This document shows positions 1-6,193 of a DNA stretch of 7,845 bases, piece by piece (the stretch's first letter is position 1; every line of letters starts with the position of its first letter). The notes beneath the pieces were generated by a model. The model made no database searches and was not told where the DNA came from. It saw only the letters and a program-made list of their open reading frames with translations. A program made the position numbers and the translations under genes. Source of the stretch: Vitrella brassicaformis CCMP3155. Lineage: Eukaryota > Protista > Chromerida. The stretch covers positions 1-7,845 of the forward strand of contig CDMY01000963.1 in NCBI GenBank assembly GCA_001179505.1, read 5' to 3'.

Positions 1-16
1 GGATGGATGGATGGAT
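1..16 (+). repeat. (GGAT)4 microsatellite at the window edge
   Basis: ggatggatggatggat. Confidence 0.9.
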
Positions 17-534
17 GGAGGTGACGTGAGTGACGGATGCGGCGCGTGGTGGGAGGTGGAGGGCCGGATCGATGGCGGAATGGGGCGTGAGCGTACGGCA
101 AAGCGAGAACGGGTTTGTATTCGCGTGTGTCTAGCCCTCTCTCGCGGCTGGAAATTTGGCTGGTTGGCTGCATGTGCGTGGTGCGGTGCACACACTTTCT
201 CGTTGCATGCACGCGCGTGCATGCGCGGTGCGTGCATCGCTACCTATATTTCATATCTGTGGTTGTCTTTCTGCGCGTGCGGCTGGACATTTTCAATTGA
301 AAGTGTATTGGTACGCACGAACTTGCCTGTGTGTATATGCAACTGGGCGTGTGTGTAGCCTATATAGAGACACATGTGGCTTTTTGCATGGACACGCGTC
401 GGATCGATGAATGAATGGTCAAGTTCGAGACAAACGCTTACTATTCTCCAGTCTGTTCACACGCACATGAATCACTTCACAGAAATCCATGTGATGGTGC
501 AGACGCACACCCACCATCTCTCGTTCTCTCTCTC

Positions 535-1749
535 ATGAGTGACGATCGTCAGTCGCCGACGTGCCTTTTGGGAGCCCCGGTGAGTGTTTCGGGGGAGTTC
601 ACACATGTGTGTGGCCAAGGCAAAAGCACCACATTAATTGCGGTCGGGCAGGACACCGCATCGCTTTGAAGGCAAAACCACACATGCAATGCATTCATGC
701 ATGCTAGTGTGGAGCAAGCGAAAGAAGAAGACTGTGTGGCAATGAATGACGGAATGAAGAGTCAAGCGAGGGGCGAGATAAAAGCGTACATGCGGAAGGG
801 AGCGGTAGATCAGTGAAAGAAAGGGGCAGATGGAGACGAGAAGGTGTGTGCGCCCCTTACGCATGGAATGTAAAAATACATTGTCAGGTACGTGTACAAT
901 GAGGCTAGAGACGGAGACACCCATACATAGACCCCCTATCCCCCGTTCTATCCCCCCCTCGTGTTGAGGGTGGGACACTGAATTACCTTCTCTTCTCTGG
1001 AAGTCCTGTCGCCGGCATGCAGGCGTGGAAAGGCACCAGGCGAAAATAAACGAGTGGGTCGTATGTATTCATGCATGCATGCATGCATAGTGCATGTGTG
1101 ATGTGCGGTGCTGTGTGCACGCACACGTCTGTCGAATTTCGCGTCGAAAGTCAGTGTGCATGCCCTACCCCCCTACTAACCTACCTCCGTCACAGACTCT
1201 TGTGGGCATTCAATGGGTCCGAAACCGCGGAGAGTCAGCTGAAAACAGGAAAGGAAGCGAAGCATGCATGCAGTCTGCACACCTATGTACCTCCCCCCGG
1301 CGCACACAGCTCACGCCGACGAACATAAGACATCCGTAGTAATCTCAGGCATGGCCAAATCGCACAGACTGAGAGGCACACATGGACAGCAATAGCAAGC
1401 GTCGCCCTGCTCTCCTCCCTCTCAAGCACGGCCAGCAGCCGCATGTCACGATACGTCCTAGGAATGATGCGTGCATTCATGCTTCGCACACCGAGCCACT
1501 GCTCCCTCGCTGCCCACACAGCACAACACAGACCAAAGGACCGAAAAAACACCGGGATGCATACATGATGTCGGCCCTCACACGTGTGACACTCATACAG
1601 GCCAGCCACAGCGCCACACCGCAACCGCTTACTCTCCCATGCTCATGCAAAATGAGACATATCAGTCAGTGCCTTACACTCACCTCAGCTCTGTCACCTT
1701 TCGGTCAGCCAGTCGCCCCGCCCTGTCTGAGGCATTTCTGCAGGACTAA
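535..1749 (+). CDS. Possible spliced hypothetical gene; exon chain and product unresolved
   Basis: ATG at 535 reads MSDDRQSPTCLLGAP into a GTGAGT donor at 580. Further donor/acceptor candidates lie at 888, 1003, 1054/1061, 1195, 1234, 1309, 1427 and 1521. A TAA ends at 1749, 43 bp from the convergent minus-strand stop. I found no single convincing protein. Confidence 0.25.
1054..1195 (+). other. Putative spliceosomal intron of an unresolved plus-strand transcript
   Basis: Donor GTGGGT at 1054 or GTATGT at 1061, simple-repeat interior, perfect TACTAAC branch site at 1174-1180, pyrimidine-rich tract, CAG at 1193-1195. Confidence 0.55.
1070..1088. repeat. (CATG)4+ palindromic microsatellite
   Basis: catgcatgcatgcatgcat, inside the putative intron. 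Confidence 0.9.
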
Positions 1750-1792
1750 TGAAAATTATTAAGGGGCACTGTCCAATGGGAAGTCAGTGTAG

Positions 1793-3548
1793 CTATAGGA
1801 AATCAGTATTACTGCCACCTAACAAGAAGTTGCCTGCATTCCAAGAAAAGAGTGCGTCTCTGGCGGCGCGGCCCTTCTTGTCGACAAAGCGGGCGAGGAC
1901 GGACAAAGGGGCATTGCCGTCTCTCAGGTTGGGCGTATACACCAGTCGGGTCAGCTGCAGGCCCTCGTTGAAATAGATCAAAAACCTGGAGACACACAAA
2001 GATCTCTGCCGGTGTGCTGTGCGGGTCACTCGCATAACACACATACCCGGCTCCGGGAAATGCATTGATGGCATCCAGCACACCAGAAACTGTACGCAAG
2101 ATACAACACAGGGAAGTAAAGCATGGATATGCGCCCACCAGTCCCTCTCACGCCTTCTTGATTTACTCTGCATTGCCGCAGCTCTGGCGTTGAAGATCTC
2201 ATCAGGTCCGAATTGTCCATTGTCCGTATTGAGGAGCACCCAGAAGGTGGTGTCGGGGCGGATGGCAGCGAGGTCGGTCTTGTTGCCCGTGAAGTCTTCA
2301 ACGCCGTTCGGGCCGAATAGTTGAATAGCAAGGAAAATGAGTGCGTCCACGTTGAAGTCACCGCCACTACATACGTAACAAGAGGGGGAAGGGGGAGAGG
2401 GATACACGCAGGCATGCACACACAGGTCAGTCATCGTTGCCTTTTTATGTTTACTCAAGGAAGATTGTGTCGTCTGTGAAGGAAAAATCAAAAATCGAAT
2501 CTTCCTGCAGACAACAAAGGCGCCGCACCCAGTGCAGGCGTACGCTCCCTCTCTCTCTCTCTTTGTCTCGCCTACCAGCGCTCCATCGTCGATGTCGACC
2601 CCAGAGTAAAAGATTTGGTCTTTGCCGCCTCTTGTCTCAATGAAGTCCTTGTTGGCACCGGGGACAAACTTATCATCACTGAGGCACACACAGACGCACA
2701 GCACAGAGAGGGTGAGAGAACGAGAACCGTGCGTGCGTGCGTGCGTTGTATCATGGTGGTTGGTCGAGCACATCGCATACTCGTCTTGGCCGAGAAAGAT
2801 GTCCGAGAGGGGTGTTCCCGGGGTGGCGCCGAACACCGCCAAGTTAATTACTACATCACCTACGAGAGCCACACACAGAGCCGACTGCGCAGGGAGGAGC
2901 CAGCCCATGCGGGGATCCACGTACCGAACACGAAGTTGTCTTTGACGTATTTCTCAGCGTCGGCGATTGCCGCCTGGATGTTCTCTGCATTCTCGTTGCA
3001 CCTCCCGGCCACGATTGCCGCATCGGCACCCTCAGAACATGTGGAGACGTCTCTGCACACGCAAACAGACATAGCAGAACAGACAAGACACGACAGACCG
3101 TCAGCCACTGAGGCTGCAAGGCGATGTCTGTGATGCATGACCTCGCGAGCACCTTGAGGGGGGTCGTGTCGCTCGCCAAATCTTCCGAGAAGACGAGACC
3201 TTCAACCAGAGACCGACCGTCATGTCATGCATGTGTGCACTTTCGCCGACGGACGTCTATCACTTACGATTGAGATTCAGGCCCCCTGTGAAATCGAGGC
3301 TGTCCTTCGTCTTGACATTAGTGTACAGGAACACGCCCCGGGCATCCATCCCTCGAACCCTGATTGTTTGCTATCTGCATGTCACACAACAGGAGAAGAG
3401 ACAGCCACCGGATGACTGTTGAGCGGCCGACCCAACCACGGCCGTCTTTGTAATGTGATACCCACCAAATCGGCGGCGATTCCCGCATTGAACTGCACGC
3501 AGCACAGCAGCACACACGGAGAAGTTTCTCTGTGTCTTTCACCAGCAT
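1793..3548 (-). CDS. Multi-exon gene for an RTX-like (putative Ca2+-binding) protein with a duplicated bacterial-type C-terminal module
   Basis: Hand-spliced exons, 5'->3' on minus: [3548-3543 ATG CTG, tentative], 3492-3466, 3374 or 3370-3268, 3199-3109, 3052-2925, 2859-2781, 2678-2576, 2504-2455, 2366-2167, 2089-2047, 1985-1793 (TAG). From 3268 down, all eight introns (68, 56, 65, 102, 71, 88, 77, 61 nt) are GT-AG and phase-compatible, giving a stop-free protein: ...DARGVFLYTNVKTKDSLDFTGGLNLNRLVFSEDLASDTTPLKVLARSCITDIALQPQDVSTCSEGADAAIVAGRCNENAENIQAAIADAEKYVKDNFVFGDVVINLAVFGATPGTPLSDIFLGQDDDDKFVPGANKDFIETRGGKDQIFYSGVDIDDGALEDSIFDFSFTDDTIFLDGGDFNVDALIFLAIQLFGPNGVEDFTGNKTDLAAIRPDTTFWVLLNTDNGQFGPDEIFNARAAAMQISGVLDAINAFPGAGFLIYFNEGLQLTRLVYTPNLRDGNAPLSVLARFVDKKGRAARDALFSWNAGNFLLGGSNTDFL*. 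The 3109/3052 junction has a weaker donor (GTGGCT). The 5' exons above 3340 are uncertain. The product call is motif recall, not a database search. Confidence 0.78.
2549..2562. repeat. (CT)7 microsatellite, intronic
   Basis: Lies in the 2575-2505 intron. Confidence 0.85.
2609..2818 (-). repeat. Four consecutive degenerate RTX-type nonapeptides, split by the 2780-2679 intron
   Basis: GTPLSDIFL / GQDDDDKFV / PGANKDFIE / TRGGKDQIF: Asp at position 6 and a hydrophobic residue at position 8 in all four, matching the GGxGxDxUx register. The glycines are only partly kept. Confidence 0.6.
2728..2746. repeat. (CGTG)4+ microsatellite, intronic
   Basis: Lies in the 2780-2679 intron. Confidence 0.85.
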
Positions 3549-4210
3549 TGAGTGTCACGGTGGATGGTGTGTGGGGCAGAGAGGCCAATGATTTTCGGCC
3601 GCCTAGTTGAGAAGCTGCGCACCAAGGCTGTGTGGGCAGACAAGTCGTAGAGTCAGGTGATGGGATGGGTGCGTGCCCGTTTGTCTGTTGCATTGGCGCG
3701 TAGTGCGAGTTTGCGTGTGCGTGGTGGGCGGCGTCACTAGAAGATGCGCTAGGCGGGCGCCGAGGATGGTGCTGGCATGTTTGTCGCGCGATTGACAGTC
3801 GATCGATCGACACAATTCATTTCATGAGAGACCATCAGAGTCTGCCTGCCATTGCGCTATGTGTCAATGCATCTCCCCCTCGTCGAGGGGCAGGGGGTGG
3901 TCAGGCAGCCTGGAGGGGTGGATAGCTTGATGGATGACTGTCATTGGCTGCACCGCACTACTAACAGTCGCATTATCTTTCTGTTTTTCATCCAGCAACT
4001 GGCGGTAGCACAAAGTCCAATTGCATCTCATCTGAGATAAATGGCCGAGGAAGCGCAGTCAGCTCTAGGCCTCGTTTTCCAAAGTGCAGGAGAACATCAC
4101 TCAGCTGCCATCTGGATTAATTCGAGGCAACTCTTCATGTAATTAGGCTTTCCCTTCTCCAAACTAGCCAGCAGACTCACAGAGAATCGGCCTCAAGACC
4201 ATTCATTGAG
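2853..4210. repeat. Copy 1 of a 1358-bp direct duplication
   Basis: Matches 4513-5870 at a constant offset of 1660. By eye I found only 4 differences: 3452a/5112c, 3821-3822tt/5481-5482aa, 4156t/5816g. Confidence 0.97.
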
Positions 4211-4212
4211 AA

Positions 4213-4512
4213 NNNNNNNNNNNNNNNNNNNNNNNNNNNNNNNNNNNNNNNNNNNNNNNNNNNNNNNNNNNNNNNNNNNNNNNNNNNNNNNNNNNNNNNN
4301 NNNNNNNNNNNNNNNNNNNNNNNNNNNNNNNNNNNNNNNNNNNNNNNNNNNNNNNNNNNNNNNNNNNNNNNNNNNNNNNNNNNNNNNNNNNNNNNNNNNN
4401 NNNNNNNNNNNNNNNNNNNNNNNNNNNNNNNNNNNNNNNNNNNNNNNNNNNNNNNNNNNNNNNNNNNNNNNNNNNNNNNNNNNNNNNNNNNNNNNNNNNN
4501 NNNNNNNNNNNN
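4213..4512. other. Assembly gap (300 N)
   Basis: Run of N. Confidence 1.
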
Positions 4513-5208
4513 ACATCACCTACGAGAGCCACACACAGAGCCGACTGCGCAGGGAGGAGCCAGCCCATGCGGGGATCCACGTACCGAACACGAAGTTGTC
4601 TTTGACGTATTTCTCAGCGTCGGCGATTGCCGCCTGGATGTTCTCTGCATTCTCGTTGCACCTCCCGGCCACGATTGCCGCATCGGCACCCTCAGAACAT
4701 GTGGAGACGTCTCTGCACACGCAAACAGACATAGCAGAACAGACAAGACACGACAGACCGTCAGCCACTGAGGCTGCAAGGCGATGTCTGTGATGCATGA
4801 CCTCGCGAGCACCTTGAGGGGGGTCGTGTCGCTCGCCAAATCTTCCGAGAAGACGAGACCTTCAACCAGAGACCGACCGTCATGTCATGCATGTGTGCAC
4901 TTTCGCCGACGGACGTCTATCACTTACGATTGAGATTCAGGCCCCCTGTGAAATCGAGGCTGTCCTTCGTCTTGACATTAGTGTACAGGAACACGCCCCG
5001 GGCATCCATCCCTCGAACCCTGATTGTTTGCTATCTGCATGTCACACAACAGGAGAAGAGACAGCCACCGGATGACTGTTGAGCGGCCGACCCAACCACG
5101 GCCGTCTTTGTCATGTGATACCCACCAAATCGGCGGCGATTCCCGCATTGAACTGCACGCAGCACAGCAGCACACACGGAGAAGTTTCTCTGTGTCTTTC
5201 ACCAGCAT
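4513..5208 (-). CDS. Partial second copy (5' exons only) of the RTX-like gene; probably allelic or an assembly duplicate
   Basis: Same exons shifted by +1660: 5208-5203, 5152-5126, 5034-4928, 4859-4769, 4712-4585, and 4519-4513 running into the gap. The only difference within the gene span (5112) is intronic. Confidence 0.5.
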
Positions 5209-5870
5209 TGAGTGTCACGGTGGATGGTGTGTGGGGCAGAGAGGCCAATGATTTTCGGCCGCCTAGTTGAGAAGCTGCGCACCAAGGCTGTGTGGGCAGA
5301 CAAGTCGTAGAGTCAGGTGATGGGATGGGTGCGTGCCCGTTTGTCTGTTGCATTGGCGCGTAGTGCGAGTTTGCGTGTGCGTGGTGGGCGGCGTCACTAG
5401 AAGATGCGCTAGGCGGGCGCCGAGGATGGTGCTGGCATGTTTGTCGCGCGATTGACAGTCGATCGATCGACACAATTCATAACATGAGAGACCATCAGAG
5501 TCTGCCTGCCATTGCGCTATGTGTCAATGCATCTCCCCCTCGTCGAGGGGCAGGGGGTGGTCAGGCAGCCTGGAGGGGTGGATAGCTTGATGGATGACTG
5601 TCATTGGCTGCACCGCACTACTAACAGTCGCATTATCTTTCTGTTTTTCATCCAGCAACTGGCGGTAGCACAAAGTCCAATTGCATCTCATCTGAGATAA
5701 ATGGCCGAGGAAGCGCAGTCAGCTCTAGGCCTCGTTTTCCAAAGTGCAGGAGAACATCACTCAGCTGCCATCTGGATTAATTCGAGGCAACTCTTCATGT
5801 AATTAGGCTTTCCCTGCTCCAAACTAGCCAGCAGACTCACAGAGAATCGGCCTCAAGACCATTCATTGAG
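4513..5870. repeat. Copy 2 of the 1358-bp duplication, bounded by N gaps on both sides
   Basis: About 99.7% identical to 2853-4210. It begins right after the 300-N gap and ends right at the 23-N gap. Confidence 0.97.
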
Positions 5871-5893
5871 NNNNNNNNNNNNNNNNNNNNNNN
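5871..5893. other. Assembly gap (23 N)
   Basis: Run of N. Confidence 1.
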
Positions 5894-6193
5894 TATGAAG
5901 GCATATTGTGTAATTACATGTTTTCGTAGTCAACGAGCGTTGGGAATTGTCTTTGCATGTATTGTTCCCCTTTGCTTGCTTGATACGAACTGATGCTTAG
6001 ACGAACTTCGTCGCCCGTTCATGTATCTACTTAAAACTACTTATTGTGTAATTGCAGCTAAGGTGCAAATTGAAGACCTGAACGCAGTTGTCATATCTCA
6101 CTTTGCACTATCGTCCTCTCTCCATGCCTGCAGCAGCATGTCATTCTTGCCGGGAATCCGTCAATCTGTGGAGGGACTACTTTTCCAAAGTGT

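Noticed and set aside
11-410. Cys/Ala/Arg/Val-rich short ORFs
   Set aside because: Their composition simply reflects GT/GC/GCAT simple repeats, with no protein-like motif.
1004-1240. RHQAKINELLWAF resembling a WD40 blade
   Set aside because: It depends on one of two possible donors, no WD dipeptide or further blades follow, and it is too short to call.
1793-2920. 375-aa ORF as an unspliced CDS
   Set aside because: It reads through introns (low-complexity VLCVCVC, HARTH and PSPPSP stretches) and misses two exons that lie in other frames. The spliced model explains it better.
1793-3548. Bacterial contaminant contig as the explanation for the RTX-like gene
   Set aside because: At least eight phase-consistent spliceosomal introns with host-style simple repeats interrupt the coding sequence.
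3876-3890. Inverted repeat cccctcg-t-cgagggg
   Set aside because: A 7-bp stem with a 1-nt loop and no U-tract is expected by chance in GC-rich DNA.
4193-4793. ORFs spanning the N run
   Set aside because: These are artefacts of translating the gap.
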